This document shows, in pieces, positions 26,800-36,779 of a stretch of 64,000 bases of DNA (positions are counted from its first letter, which is position 1; every line of letters starts with the position of its first letter). Location: positions 12,258 through 76,257 of the forward strand of contig JAXMOL010000037.1 in the NCBI GenBank assembly GCA_034669905.1, read 5' to 3'. The notes below the pieces were generated by a model, which saw only the letters and a program-made list of their open reading frames with translations, did not search any database and was not told the origin of the DNA. The translations under genes were made by a program, and so were the position numbers. Origin of the DNA: Candidatus Hydrogenedentota bacterium (GTDB lineage: Bacteria > Hydrogenedentota > Hydrogenedentia > Hydrogenedentales > JAEUWI01).

Positions 26800-28692
26800 C
26801 TATTGCTGCACAGCAATCTCATGGCTTTCTCCTCCAAAGGTGATGCGCACCGAATCTCTGTTGGAGCTCTCTGCAAAGAAGGGATTGTCGTAATAGCGAC
26901 GGGGCGCCAAGTCCACGGGGACACCGTGCTTCCGAGGTACTCGGGCTTCCTTCAGGAAAAGCCCCAGACTGGTCTCTGTGCCCGAGCGGTCCGGGAAGCG
27001 ATAGGTCAACTGGCCGTTCTCCATGGCCCACCTGTGGCCGGCAAGGTAGTCCGCGAAATCGTCCAACGTGGCGAAGGTAGCCTTTCGGCCCGTTACCAGG
27101 GCGACAGGGTCGAACGCCGATCCGGTACGAAGCTCGCGGTCGTTCAGCCAGGTGACAGGGTCTTCCGTATGCTGGAAAATCCGGAGGGCGGCATAGCTGT
27201 CGCCTTCTTCCAAGACACGCCAGCCCTTCCGTTCGACGAGGCGGTCTTTCATGCCGGTGGCAAAACAGACCTTCAGGCCCGTGATGGGGGGATAGTTGCG
27301 ATTCGCCTGAAGGAGCAGCACGTTTTCATGTTGGACCGCGATGTGTTGCACGTAGGTCGTGGAAACGGCGGGGTCGTTTTTCGCCACCTTGCCCTCGCAC
27401 TCGAAATAGATGCGCGCGTCGGGTCCCGTGTTGAAGGTGAGGCCCTGCCACAGGTTCTGGGTCGAAATGGCGGCATAGCGCCCATCCGCCCGCTCCGGTT
27501 CCGCCGGGTAGATTTGATAGTCCTCCCGCAGGGCCGGGTCGAGGGTGTAGGAGCCCAGGATATGGTCGGGCGTGCTCCACGTATAGCGGATGAAGCGAGA
27601 CTCCCGGGCGAAGTGATACCAACAGGAGTGGTCGACTTTGGGGGGCTGGGGGTCCACATGGGTCATGCGGCCAGGACGGCGGGACTGGTACGCGTAGCTT
27701 CCCCGTTGCTCCGTTTCGGTGGCCAGGCGTGCGATGAGGGGCGGCAGGGTGTAGTCCGAGGTGGCCAGCACGAGGCCGAAGCCCATGATGGGATGGGTGA
27801 AATTGCCCGGTTCGTCCCACCCGTTTTGTTTCAGCAGGAGATTACCCATCATATACCAGCTGTCCCGCGCACCGAATTGAGAATACTTGCCCTGATAGCA
27901 GCGGGCCTTCGCCCCACCGCGGATACCCTTCAACTGCTCCACCGCCCAGTCTGCCCAGCAGAGATCGAGGAGGGCGCGGGCATTGTGCTGGAGGCGGGGG
28001 TTGTCGGCGAAATCGCGGAGGTTCACCAGTTCGGGGATGAGGTACTTGCCGTAAATCGGCGAGCCGAATTCGATGAAGAGGCCGTGGCGAAAGCGCTCGA
28101 TGCAGTAGCGGTTGAAATAGGCCGTCCAGGCGGCGCGGTGATCGGCCAGGGTGAAGCCATCGGAGAGGGTACGCGGGGCCCATGCTGGTCGTTGGGCCAG
28201 GGCCTGAATGGCGAGGAAGGCATTGCCCAGATCCATGAGGTCGTGGTTTTCGCTGCCCTGGATGAACCAGACATACTTCGTATCGGCCCGGGCGACCGTG
28301 CTTTTTGCGAGGGCATAGTTCCAGAAGAGCGTTTCAATGCGGTCCACGTTGACTTCCGACAGGGCGCCCGGCCGTGCCGTGCCGTGGGGTCCGAAGAGGT
28401 AATAGAGGCGGACCCACGTGCGCATCTGCCATTTGAACTGTTCATCGGCGACGGTGGGGGAAAGGGCGTCGTGATCCCCGAGGGCTTCCTGGAAGGCCGT
28501 CTCCAGGTGGGCGTTCGCAGCGGGGCCATCTTCCTCAAGCACAAAAAGCGCGAAGGCCCGGGCCAGGGGCGAGGCCTTGGGGGTGTCGCGGAGCTTCTCG
28601 AAGAGGGGGTGGTAGTCGGTGCGCAGGGGCTCGGCCCCCTGGGTTGCGAGACTGAACATCAGGAGGAGGGGAAGGATAGAACGGGCAATCAT
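26800..28692 (-). CDS. Secreted polysaccharide-lyase-like protein (heparinase II/III-like; assignment tentative)
   Basis: Signal peptide after the ATG at 28692 (MIARSILPLLLMFSLATQGA). About 630 aa, with an alpha-rich N-terminal half and beta-rich C-terminal half. Sits next to a sulfatase. The track start at 28776 would overlap the sulfatase gene. Confidence 0.45.
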   Translation of the reverse strand: MIARSILPLLLMFSLATQGAEPLRTDYHPLFEKLRDTPKASPLARAFALFVLEEDGPAANAHLETAFQEALGDHDALSPTVADEQFKWQMRTWVRLYYLFGPHGTARPGALSEVNVDRIETLFWNYALAKSTVARADTKYVWFIQGSENHDLMDLGNAFLAIQALAQRPAWAPRTLSDGFTLADHRAAWTAYFNRYCIERFRHGLFIEFGSPIYGKYLIPELVNLRDFADNPRLQHNARALLDLCWADWAVEQLKGIRGGAKARCYQGKYSQFGARDSWYMMGNLLLKQNGWDEPGNFTHPIMGFGLVLATSDYTLPPLIARLATETEQRGSYAYQSRRPGRMTHVDPQPPKVDHSCWYHFARESRFIRYTWSTPDHILGSYTLDPALREDYQIYPAEPERADGRYAAISTQNLWQGLTFNTGPDARIYFECEGKVAKNDPAVSTTYVQHIAVQHENVLLLQANRNYPPITGLKVCFATGMKDRLVERKGWRVLEEGDSYAALRIFQHTEDPVTWLNDRELRTGSAFDPVALVTGRKATFATLDDFADYLAGHRWAMENGQLTYRFPDRSGTETSLGLFLKEARVPRKHGVPVDLAPRRYYDNPFFAESSNRDSVRITFGGESHEIAVQQ

Positions 28693-28720
28693 GAAGGGGG
28701 CTTTCGTGCTGTGGGGCGAA

Positions 28721-30145
28721 TCAGGCCTGTCCATCCCAGGCGGGGTTGGGCGTGTGGCGTACTTCCAGGACCGCATCGAGATAGGCGTGGAGGTCCGCGA
28801 GGAGTTCTTTCGCCTTGTCGGGCATTTTCTCCGCCAGGTTGGTGGTTTCGCTCAGGTCGGCTTCCAAATCATAGAGGGCCAAATCGACGGGGTCATAGGT
28901 TTCGATCAGCTTGTAGCGCCCCTTGCGTATGGCGGCACCGGGCCGCATGGATTTGCTGTGGTAATGGGGGTAATACCAGACCTGGGGCTTGCGGGCTACG
29001 GTCTTTCCTTCGGTCAGGGTGGGGGTGAGATCATAGCCATCCAGTTGCGTGGGGTCTTGGGGCGTAGCACCTGTGGCGGCCGCGATGGTGGGGAAGAGGT
29101 CGGTGCCCATGGAAAGCTGGTCCGTCGTCTGGTTGGCCGGGATATGCCCGGGCCACTTGACGATCAACGGCACGCGAATGCCCCCTTCGTAGAGGGTCCC
29201 CTTGCCTTCCCGGAGGGGTTTCTGGACGGCGCTGTCCTCCAGTCCGCCGTTATCGGAAGTAAAGATGACGAGGGTGTTCTCTTCCAGTCCCAGGGATTTC
29301 AGGCGTTCCAACACGCGCCCGATGTTGCGGTCCATATTCTCTACCATGGCGGCATAGGCGGGGTGGATGCCCGTGTCTTTGCCCGCAAATTTCTCGCGAT
29401 ATTTGTCCGCCAGGTTCCCGGGGGCTTCCAGGGGGGTGTGGACCGCGTACAGGGTGAGGTAGAGGAAGAAGGGCTGCGCTTGCTGCCGCTCGATAAAGCC
29501 GATGGCCTCGTCCGTCAGCCGGTCTGTGAGATACTCGCCGGGCTTGCCCTCCGCCAACGTGGGGATGTCGGGATTCCACTTCTTCTGGGGTTTCTTGTAG
29601 GGGTAGTAATAGGTGGGCGGGGAGCCATGGGTCCAGCCACCGATATTTTCGTCGAAGCCCTGGTCTTCCGGCCAATAGCCCTCTTCGCCGAGGTGCCACT
29701 TGCCGATGCTGGCCGAGACGTAGCCCTGGGGTTTCAGGAGTTCCGCGAGCGACTCTTCCGCGTGGGGGAGATACATCTTATCCTGCGGCGGAATGATGCG
29801 GCTCTTCTCCGGGTGGCGGTGACGGCCAATGGCGGTGATGTGGCCGGTGAATCCGGTTCGGGCCGGATTCTTGCCCGTCATGAGGGCGGCCCGGCTCGGC
29901 GAGCACACGGGGCAATTGGCGTAGGCCTGGGTAAAGCGCATGCCTTCGGTCGCGAGTTGGTCGATGTGGGGTGTTTCGAAGAGGTCCCCGCCATAGCAGC
30001 CCAGGTCTTTGTAGCCCAGATCATCGATGAGCACGAGGAGCACATTGGGTTTCGTGGGGGCGGCGTGGGATTGCCGGGTGGCAAGACTGGCAAGCAAGCC
30101 GCCCGTGGCGGCCAGGAAGTGTCGGCGATTCATGAGTTCCTCCAA
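28721..30145 (-). CDS. Sulfatase (formylglycine-dependent arylsulfatase family) with a Tat signal
   Basis: RRHFLAATGGLLA twin-arginine signal. CSPSRAALMTGK FGly motif (C-x-P-x-R) and downstream metal-binding DD..HGS-type residues. Confidence 0.9.
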   Translation of the reverse strand: MEELMNRRHFLAATGGLLASLATRQSHAAPTKPNVLLVLIDDLGYKDLGCYGGDLFETPHIDQLATEGMRFTQAYANCPVCSPSRAALMTGKNPARTGFTGHITAIGRHRHPEKSRIIPPQDKMYLPHAEESLAELLKPQGYVSASIGKWHLGEEGYWPEDQGFDENIGGWTHGSPPTYYYPYKKPQKKWNPDIPTLAEGKPGEYLTDRLTDEAIGFIERQQAQPFFLYLTLYAVHTPLEAPGNLADKYREKFAGKDTGIHPAYAAMVENMDRNIGRVLERLKSLGLEENTLVIFTSDNGGLEDSAVQKPLREGKGTLYEGGIRVPLIVKWPGHIPANQTTDQLSMGTDLFPTIAAATGATPQDPTQLDGYDLTPTLTEGKTVARKPQVWYYPHYHSKSMRPGAAIRKGRYKLIETYDPVDLALYDLEADLSETTNLAEKMPDKAKELLADLHAYLDAVLEVRHTPNPAWDGQA

Positions 30146-30262
30146 TCATGTTAAGGAGACCATGGTACCGAATGGTCAGGGTGCGATACACCTTGAAGCG
30201 GAAACGTTTATGGGCACCGCGATGGAGAGGGGTCTGTGATGTTCAACCCCGTTGATACCGGA

Positions 30263-30412
30263 CGTGCCGCGCGATCCCGAGGTACGAGGGTTCGTGCGCT
30301 TGGAGCAGCCGCGATGGGCAATGCGGGGGCCCTTAGCGAATTCAGCGGGTCGAGAAACGCACGAACCCGTCAGGACGCGTTAAGACTCGCCTTTTGGGGA
30401 TCGCGCGGCACG
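30263..30412. repeat. Palindromic MITE-like element family R1, longest copy
   Basis: Terminal inverted repeats CGTGCCGCGCGATCCC...GGGATCGCGCGGCACG with internal arms GGGTTCGTGCG/CGCACGAACCC. Other copies at 1317..1424 and 53592..53702. Confidence 0.85.
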
Positions 30413-30519
30413 CGTGTTGCCAAATTCGCCATTCCCAGGTGATAAATTCCACTGTTACCCGATGACCCACGAAAAACGCCCCGCAGGGAGGCTGCGGGGC
30501 GTCGGGATAGCGCGTCGTC

Positions 30520-31530
30520 TTATTTGACCGGGGGCTCGGTGGCGAAGTTGGCCAGGGCCTCTTTTACCCGTTCGGCCTGTCCGGGGCTGGCGATGAGGTA
30601 TTGGTGATTGCCGTCTTTGTGTTCCCGGAAGAAGGTGTAGCCTTCGTCGTCGTAGTGGGCATAGCCCTTTACCGAGAGGTCAAAGTAACCCCGGTCGGGC
30701 CGCACGGCATAGAGTACGCTCGTCAGGTCCCAGGAGGGCTGGTTGGTGTAGGCCTTGTGGTAGTGGCGGTAGGCCACATCGAGGATGTGGTCTTTCTCAT
30801 AGTTGAAGTCGAACTTCATGGCGTCCTGGTAGAGGGCCGTTTCCAGGCCGATTTCGAAGCCGCTGATGATGACGGGGGTGGGCCATCCCTTGAGCAGCTC
30901 TTGGGCCGACGGGATGTCTTTCACCACGTTGTATTCATTGTGGGGGCGGTCGTTGTGGGGCTTGAAGGCGCCCGCCATGATGGAGATGAACTTGACCTTC
31001 GTGGCGGCCAGGTCCTTGCCACTGAGGGGGGAGTGTTCATCGCCTTTGGAGGCCAGGAGGCGGGCCAGGTTGGTGGAGAAACCGACCTGGGCAATGACCA
31101 CGGAATGATCGGGCTGGGCCGCGAGGGTCTGGCGCAGCAGCACCGTCGCGTCGGGTGCATCATCGCCACTCTTCAGGTCGTGGGGGTACTTCAGGGTGTC
31201 CCCGTTCTTGTGTTCGATGATGGGGGTGTAGCGGCTATCCTGCTTCGTGACGCCCCCTTTCACCATGCCGATGGGAATGTCGGGGCGGCCGTAGTAGGTA
31301 TTCACCGCGTCAATAAAGGGGGCCGACTGGGGGTGGTCTTTCGTAATCGTGACGGCAAGCAGTTCGCATTCGCCGCGATTCTGGAGGGCGTGGATGACCC
31401 CGAGGGCGAGGGCGTCGTCCACGTCATTGCCCATATCGGTATCGTAGATAAGCTTGACCGGGGCCGGTACAGGGGGTTTGTCTTCAATGACGCCCATAGC
31501 GAGCAGACCGCATACGAGAAATTCCAACAT
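30520..31530 (-). CDS. Inosine-uridine-preferring nucleoside hydrolase family protein (exported)
   Basis: N-terminal hydrophobic segment then the DTDMGNDVDDALAL aspartate cluster (DxDxxxDD) typical of IU-NH. Confidence 0.8.
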   Translation of the reverse strand: MLEFLVCGLLAMGVIEDKPPVPAPVKLIYDTDMGNDVDDALALGVIHALQNRGECELLAVTITKDHPQSAPFIDAVNTYYGRPDIPIGMVKGGVTKQDSRYTPIIEHKNGDTLKYPHDLKSGDDAPDATVLLRQTLAAQPDHSVVIAQVGFSTNLARLLASKGDEHSPLSGKDLAATKVKFISIMAGAFKPHNDRPHNEYNVVKDIPSAQELLKGWPTPVIISGFEIGLETALYQDAMKFDFNYEKDHILDVAYRHYHKAYTNQPSWDLTSVLYAVRPDRGYFDLSVKGYAHYDDEGYTFFREHKDGNHQYLIASPGQAERVKEALANFATEPPVK

Positions 31531-31732
31531 GATACTGAGCTTCCTTGGGTTGTCTGGGGTGTGGGCACGCGGGAGCACGACCCGCTGCCTTAGCAAAGGT
31601 CAGCCTATAGGGTACCTGGGGCATTTTTCAATAGGGAGTGGCACCCTTTCCCGGTGGACCGGGTGGACCAGTTTGCCTGTCGACGGGAAAGGCCGTTATC
31701 ATTCCGATTCCACGACCTACAGGAGTTTCTTC

Positions 31733-32683
31733 ATGTCTGCCTCTCATCCCTCGGTTACCTGCATTGACAGCCACTACGTGAGCCCGGAAAAAGCCGCGGT
31801 GTTTATGGTGACGGAAGGGGACCGTGTCGCCTTTGTGGACAACAACACCAACCGGGCGGTGCCCTTGCTGTTGGAGGCCCTCACCGCCCAGGGGCTTCGT
31901 CCCGAGCAGGTCGACTACCTCATTATCACCCATGTCCACCTCGACCATGCCGGGGGTACGGCGGAATTGTTGAAGCATTGTCCCAATGCGACGGTGCTTG
32001 CCCACCCCAAGGCCGCGCGTCACCTGGTGGATCCTTCCCGGCTGGTGGCCGGTGCGAAGGTCGTTTACGGCGAGGCCGAATTTGATGCGCTCTATGGCGT
32101 TATCGAGGGGGTTCCCGAGGACCGGGTTCGTATCATGGAAGATGGGGAAAAACTGGACTGGGGGAGCCGAAGTCTCACGTTTTTCTATACCAAGGGCCAC
32201 GCGAGTCACCACTTCTCGATCTACGATTCGGGCAGTGACGGGGTTTTTGCGGGGGATGCCTTCGGGTTGGCGCGAACGCCCGAGGCCCGACCGGGGATCC
32301 CCTTTACGGTGTGTAGTTCCTCGCCGCCGGAATTCGACCCGGACGAGGCCCGTCTGAGTGTTCAGAAGATACGCGATACAGGGGCTTCACGGGTTTTTCT
32401 GACCCACTTCGGGGCCTTCGACGATCTGGCGACCCGGGCGACGCATCTGTTGCGCTCTATCGACCAGATGGAGGCCATTGGCCGTGAGGCGGCGGCGGGA
32501 AATCTGGAGGGCGACGCCCTGGTGGCCTATTGCGACGGGCGGGTGACGGAGGCCTTTCGGGAGCATCTGGTGTGGTGCGGCGTGGAGGATCCCGAGGCCG
32601 ACTTTGCCTGGCTCGCACAGGATGCCTTCCTGAACGCCCTGGGGCTGCGTTTCTACGTGGAGCGCTTGCGCAAGGCGGGCTGA
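31733..32683 (+). CDS. MBL-fold metallo-hydrolase
   Basis: THVHLDHAGG (HxHxDH) motif. ATG at 31733 preceded by AGGAG. The track ORF begins far upstream at 31454, overlapping the divergent gene. Confidence 0.8.
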   Translation: MSASHPSVTCIDSHYVSPEKAAVFMVTEGDRVAFVDNNTNRAVPLLLEALTAQGLRPEQVDYLIITHVHLDHAGGTAELLKHCPNATVLAHPKAARHLVDPSRLVAGAKVVYGEAEFDALYGVIEGVPEDRVRIMEDGEKLDWGSRSLTFFYTKGHASHHFSIYDSGSDGVFAGDAFGLARTPEARPGIPFTVCSSSPPEFDPDEARLSVQKIRDTGASRVFLTHFGAFDDLATRATHLLRSIDQMEAIGREAAAGNLEGDALVAYCDGRVTEAFREHLVWCGVEDPEADFAWLAQDAFLNALGLRFYVERLRKAG

Positions 32684-32915
32684 GACGCCATCCCGCTCGT
32701 GGAAAAGAGGACCTGGTTGTGCCACCCTATCGCATCTGAACCCGCCAAAGGCGCGTCCGGGACGCGATTTGGCGGGATCGGGTGGCACGGCTCTTTCAGA
32801 AGCTACGATGCCCCAATGATTTTCCCCGATATGTGCCCACTATCCCCAAAAAAAACTCCCCGAAAACGTCCTTCAGGACATTTCCGGGGAGGATGTGTAG
32901 TGGGTTCGGCCCTTA

Positions 32916-35474
32916 TCAGGCCCAGGTAATCAGGGTCGTCTCATGCTTTTGGGCCAGGTCCGGGTTGTAGGGGATGACCCGGACGGTGAAACCCATCTGT
33001 CCCGTGTCATCACAGCGGATTTCCCCGGTATAGCGGTAGAAACCATCGCCCACTTCTTTTTCCGATTCCATTTCTGAAGCGACGCCTTTTTCGATCTGGC
33101 CTTGGGCGTTGAGGGTGCCGAAGTAGACCTCCACCGTCACGTCACTGGGGCTCAGTGCGCCCAGGGAGACCTCCGCCGAAACGGGCAGGGAGGCACCGAC
33201 GAGGAGGCTATCGGACGCGTTGGCCTCGATGGCGCGAACGCTCACGGTAGACCACTGGGAGTGGACCTTATTCTTCCAGTCTGAAAGGGCAATGGCCCGG
33301 GCGTGGTTGTCTGCCTTGAGGGCCTTGCGCCGGAGGGACGAGGGGATATAACACCGGTCCGTGTATTCCTGAACCATGCGATAGGTGTTGAATACGGGGC
33401 CGATGGTGCCGATGGCGGATTTCATCCGGTGAATCCATTCCCGCGGCAGGTCGTCATTGCCCCGCTGATAGAAGGTGGGCACGATTTCTTTTTCGAAGAG
33501 TTCATAGAGCGCTTCACTTTCGACCCGGTCCTGTTCGGCCAAATCATCGTAGTGCTCACCCCGGCCGATGCTCCAGCCGTTGGGACCCAGGTGTTCGGCT
33601 TCGCACCACCAACCGTCGGGGATACTGATGTTCAGGGCGCCATTGGCGGAGGCTTTCATGCCGCTGGTGCCACTGGCTTCCATGGGACGACGGGGGGTGT
33701 TGAGCCAGCAATCGACACCCTGGACCATATAGCGGGCCACGTTGATGTCGTAGTCTTCCAGGAAGACGAAATGGCGGCGAATCTCGGGTTCTTTCGCAAA
33801 CTGCTGGAGGGCCCGGATAAGTTGTTTGCCTGCGGCATCCTGGGGGTGGGCCTTACCCGCGATAATAAACTGCACGGGGTGCTCTGCATTGGTGAGGATA
33901 CGCTTGAGCCGTTCGGGGTCACGGAGGATCAGGGTGGCCCGCTTGTAGGTGGCGAAGCGCCGTGCAAAACCGATGGTGAGGGCATCGGGATTCAGCACTT
34001 CCCGGCAGATCGCAAGCTCGGTGTCGGGGGCACCCCGTTTTTCATATTGGTCGGCCAGGCGGTGGCGGGCGAAGTTGACCAGGCGCTCCCGACGACGTTC
34101 GTGGGTACGCCACAGTTCGGTGTCGGGCACTTCGTCAATCCGCTTCCAAATGCTCTGATCGTCGGGGCTGTTGACCCAACCGGGCCCGAGATAGCGATCG
34201 TAGAGGTCCGAGAGGTCCCGGGAGATGACGCTCCGGGTATGGATACCGTTGGTGATGGAGGTGATGGGCACTTCATCGACCGGGACGCCGTTCCACGTGA
34301 GGGCCCACATGCCCCGGGCCACTTCGCCATGGAGTTTACTTACGCCATTGGCGCCGGAGGAGAGGCGTAAGGCCAGGACGGTCATGCAGAAGGGTTCGTG
34401 GGCATCGTTGGGGTTTTGCCGACCCAGTTGCAGAAAGCGCTCGAAGGTAATTCCCACTTCGTTGCAATAGCCCCGGAAATAGCGTTCCACGAGGCCGGGT
34501 TCAAACATATCATTCCCTGCAGGCACGGGGGTGTGGGTGGTGAAGAAGCTGCCGGCCTTAACGGTTTCGCTCGCCTGCTCAAAGGTCATGCCCTCTTCGG
34601 CGATCAGTTCCTTGGTTCGCTGCAGGGTCATGAAGGCTGCGTGACCTTCGTTCATGTGGTAGGTCGTGGGCTGGATTCCCAGGGCGTGCATGGCCAACAC
34701 GCCGCCCATACCCAACAGGATTTCCTGCCGTACCCGGGTTTCGTGGTCGCCGCCATAGAGCTGGGCCGTGATGGCCCGGACGGCGGGGCTGTTGGCTTCG
34801 TTGTCGCAGTCCAAGAGGTAAAGGGGTACCCGGCCTACCTGGCAACGCCATATGTTCACCAGAACAGGGCCCTCGGGGTAGTGGACCGTGATGGTCAGGG
34901 GCTTGCCGTCGGCGTCCCGCTCCTGGGAGATGGGCATGTTGTAGAAGTCGTTGTGGGGATAGGTTTCCTGCTGCCAGCCGTCGGTGCTGAGATACTGGCT
35001 GAAGTACCCGCCCCGATAGAGGAGGCCAATGCCTACCAGGGGCAGGCCGAGATCGCTGGAGGCTTTGAGGTGGTCACCCGCCAGGATGCCCAGGCCACCG
35101 GAATAGATACGCATGGACTCATGCAGGCCGAACTCGGCGGACATATAGGCGACGCGAAAATTCTCCGGGGCCTCGGGGTTTTTGTTGGTCCAGGGGCTGG
35201 ATTCCATATAGGTGTTCAGCTTGGTAGCGACCCGGTCCATGTGGGCGAGGAAGCTGTCGTCCTGGGCCAGTTCTTCCAGGCGCAACTGGCTGATGGAGCC
35301 CAGCATTTTCGTGGCGTTCTGGTGTACCTGGGTCCACAGGTCCCGGTCCATCCGGTGAAACATGTCGATGGCATCGTGGTTCCAGCACCACCACAGATTG
35401 TTTGCAATTTCAGAAAGCACTTCCAGTCGTTCCGGCAGGCGGGGCACGACGGTAAACTTGGATACAGTGGCCAT
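32916..35474 (-). CDS. glgP: Alpha-glucan (glycogen/maltodextrin) phosphorylase, GT35, long bacterial form with an N-terminal DUF3417-like region
   Basis: 852 aa with phosphorylase core motifs (YSGGLGILAGDHLKASSDLGLPLVGIGLLYRGGYF) and a C-terminal PLP-binding region. The antisense ORFs 33303..34370 and 34398..35657 are rejected. Confidence 0.85.
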   Translation of the reverse strand: MATVSKFTVVPRLPERLEVLSEIANNLWWCWNHDAIDMFHRMDRDLWTQVHQNATKMLGSISQLRLEELAQDDSFLAHMDRVATKLNTYMESSPWTNKNPEAPENFRVAYMSAEFGLHESMRIYSGGLGILAGDHLKASSDLGLPLVGIGLLYRGGYFSQYLSTDGWQQETYPHNDFYNMPISQERDADGKPLTITVHYPEGPVLVNIWRCQVGRVPLYLLDCDNEANSPAVRAITAQLYGGDHETRVRQEILLGMGGVLAMHALGIQPTTYHMNEGHAAFMTLQRTKELIAEEGMTFEQASETVKAGSFFTTHTPVPAGNDMFEPGLVERYFRGYCNEVGITFERFLQLGRQNPNDAHEPFCMTVLALRLSSGANGVSKLHGEVARGMWALTWNGVPVDEVPITSITNGIHTRSVISRDLSDLYDRYLGPGWVNSPDDQSIWKRIDEVPDTELWRTHERRRERLVNFARHRLADQYEKRGAPDTELAICREVLNPDALTIGFARRFATYKRATLILRDPERLKRILTNAEHPVQFIIAGKAHPQDAAGKQLIRALQQFAKEPEIRRHFVFLEDYDINVARYMVQGVDCWLNTPRRPMEASGTSGMKASANGALNISIPDGWWCEAEHLGPNGWSIGRGEHYDDLAEQDRVESEALYELFEKEIVPTFYQRGNDDLPREWIHRMKSAIGTIGPVFNTYRMVQEYTDRCYIPSSLRRKALKADNHARAIALSDWKNKVHSQWSTVSVRAIEANASDSLLVGASLPVSAEVSLGALSPSDVTVEVYFGTLNAQGQIEKGVASEMESEKEVGDGFYRYTGEIRCDDTGQMGFTVRVIPYNPDLAQKHETTLITWA

Positions 35475-35795
35475 AGCGTCTTTTCCTTATCAGGCGATTA
35501 CCGGTCCAGAAGGCAGGTAATGAATACGCGGTTTGCGCAGCACAAAAGGCATTCTCGGTCCGGAACGTGTCATACAAAACGGTCCGGAATACGTAACGGG
35601 GATCATGGGCGTTCCTGGCCCGACCGGGGCTGCTTCCGGTGGGAGGTAACGGCATAAAGACCCGCACGGATGTATGTTAATCCAACGACATGCTTGGGAA
35701 TCCCATTCTTTTCCCCACTTCCCGACACCAGGGGCGCTTATGCGTTCCAAGCATAGCACCTGTATGTTTTCGGGGCAAGAAGTGGACGGCATCAC

Positions 35796-36536
35796 TTACA
35801 TGGGTGATGGGGTGTGGGGCGTGGCCCGTTTGGGGGATGTAACCCGGAACCAGCCGATCGAGGCCAGGCCCGCGATAATTGCGGCATCAATGATTTCGAC
35901 AACGATCCTTCCCAGGTATTGACCGGGCACCAGCATATAGAAAAGCCCAACGGTCAGAAAAAATATCGTGCAAAACACGGCATACAGGGCCACGCCTGGA
36001 GTTCGTCCCGGCTGGGCATGGGTGAGGGGCAGGCGGTGGATGCCGACCAGGAGCAGGAACAGGCCCACGACCGTGCTGCCATGTTGCAGGTATTTGTAAG
36101 CGGGCCAACCGAGTAGGGTCGTCTTGAGTTGGGGAAAGGCTTGTACGGCAAATCCGATTCCGTGGGTGAAGCTATCCCAGACGATGTGGGTCAGGGCACC
36201 AATCAGAATGGCTATCGCCGCCACTCCCATGTGCCACAGCCCCCCATGGACGGTGGGAGGTGCGGGCCATCGTCGCTGTAAATAGACGGGCAGACATTCC
36301 GGTAGCGCGGGGAGTATCAGCACCCGGTAGACCCCGTACACCACAAGCCCCACCGGCAGGCAAAAGCCCACGAGGCCGGGGAGGGTGTGGGAAAAATTGC
36401 CCCATGGCTGGAGCCGGAGAAAGTATTCGAAATCCGGGCTCATGCTTCCGATGACGAGGGCGGCAAAGGGCACACCCTGGTTACGAAGACGATAGCCCGG
36501 GAGAACGGCGGCAGGATGGGCGAAGGTCAGGGGCAT
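35796..36536 (-). CDS. Integral membrane metal-dependent hydrolase-like protein (DUF4184-like)
   Basis: Several TM segments and His-rich motifs (FAHPAA, HIVWDSFTHG). Confidence 0.5.
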   Translation of the reverse strand: MPLTFAHPAAVLPGYRLRNQGVPFAALVIGSMSPDFEYFLRLQPWGNFSHTLPGLVGFCLPVGLVVYGVYRVLILPALPECLPVYLQRRWPAPPTVHGGLWHMGVAAIAILIGALTHIVWDSFTHGIGFAVQAFPQLKTTLLGWPAYKYLQHGSTVVGLFLLLVGIHRLPLTHAQPGRTPGVALYAVFCTIFFLTVGLFYMLVPGQYLGRIVVEIIDAAIIAGLASIGWFRVTSPKRATPHTPSPM

Positions 36537-36620
36537 ACGGTGCTGCTCCAGATTCACAAGGCCACGGGAGTGGGTTGGCTCAAAGTCAGGAGAAAATTTT
36601 TTCGCCAGAAGCCTTCACCT

Positions 36621-36770
36621 GAAGTGCCCGACGAATCCCCTCCCGGCAGGGGTTTGGGGTGGGTTGGGGACGCTTTCGTGACTTGACCCACCCCCGGCCC
36701 CTCCAAGGAGGGGAGTTTTTTCTGCATTCGGTTACCGTTCTCGTCGTAACTTAATGACCCATACGAAAAA
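36621..36770. repeat. Dispersed repeat family R5, copy 2 (terminator-like hairpin plus T-run at 36696..36721)
   Basis: See copy 1. Lies immediately 3' of the ftsA stop. Confidence 0.8.
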
Positions 36771-36779
36771 ATCAAACCA

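Noticed and set aside
30236-30442. Short ORFs sharing peptide motifs (TRQD.L.L.FWGSRGT at 1105..1395, 30236..30442 and 53526..53717; ASLL.KSVSKLTHS at 54499..54693 and 61022..61327; HEGHEG at 9847..10206 and 12098..12304)
   Set aside because: The shared motifs are translations of dispersed DNA repeats (families R1, R6 and R4). There is no SD or coding periodicity, and the frames differ in orientation between copies.
32742-32775. Long hairpin CCGCCAAAGGCGCGTCC-g-GGACGCGATTTGGCGG between the convergent MBL-hydrolase and glgP genes, considered as an intrinsic terminator
   Set aside because: No U-run on either strand follows the stem. It may still be a structural element or factor-dependent terminator, but it cannot be called from sequence alone.
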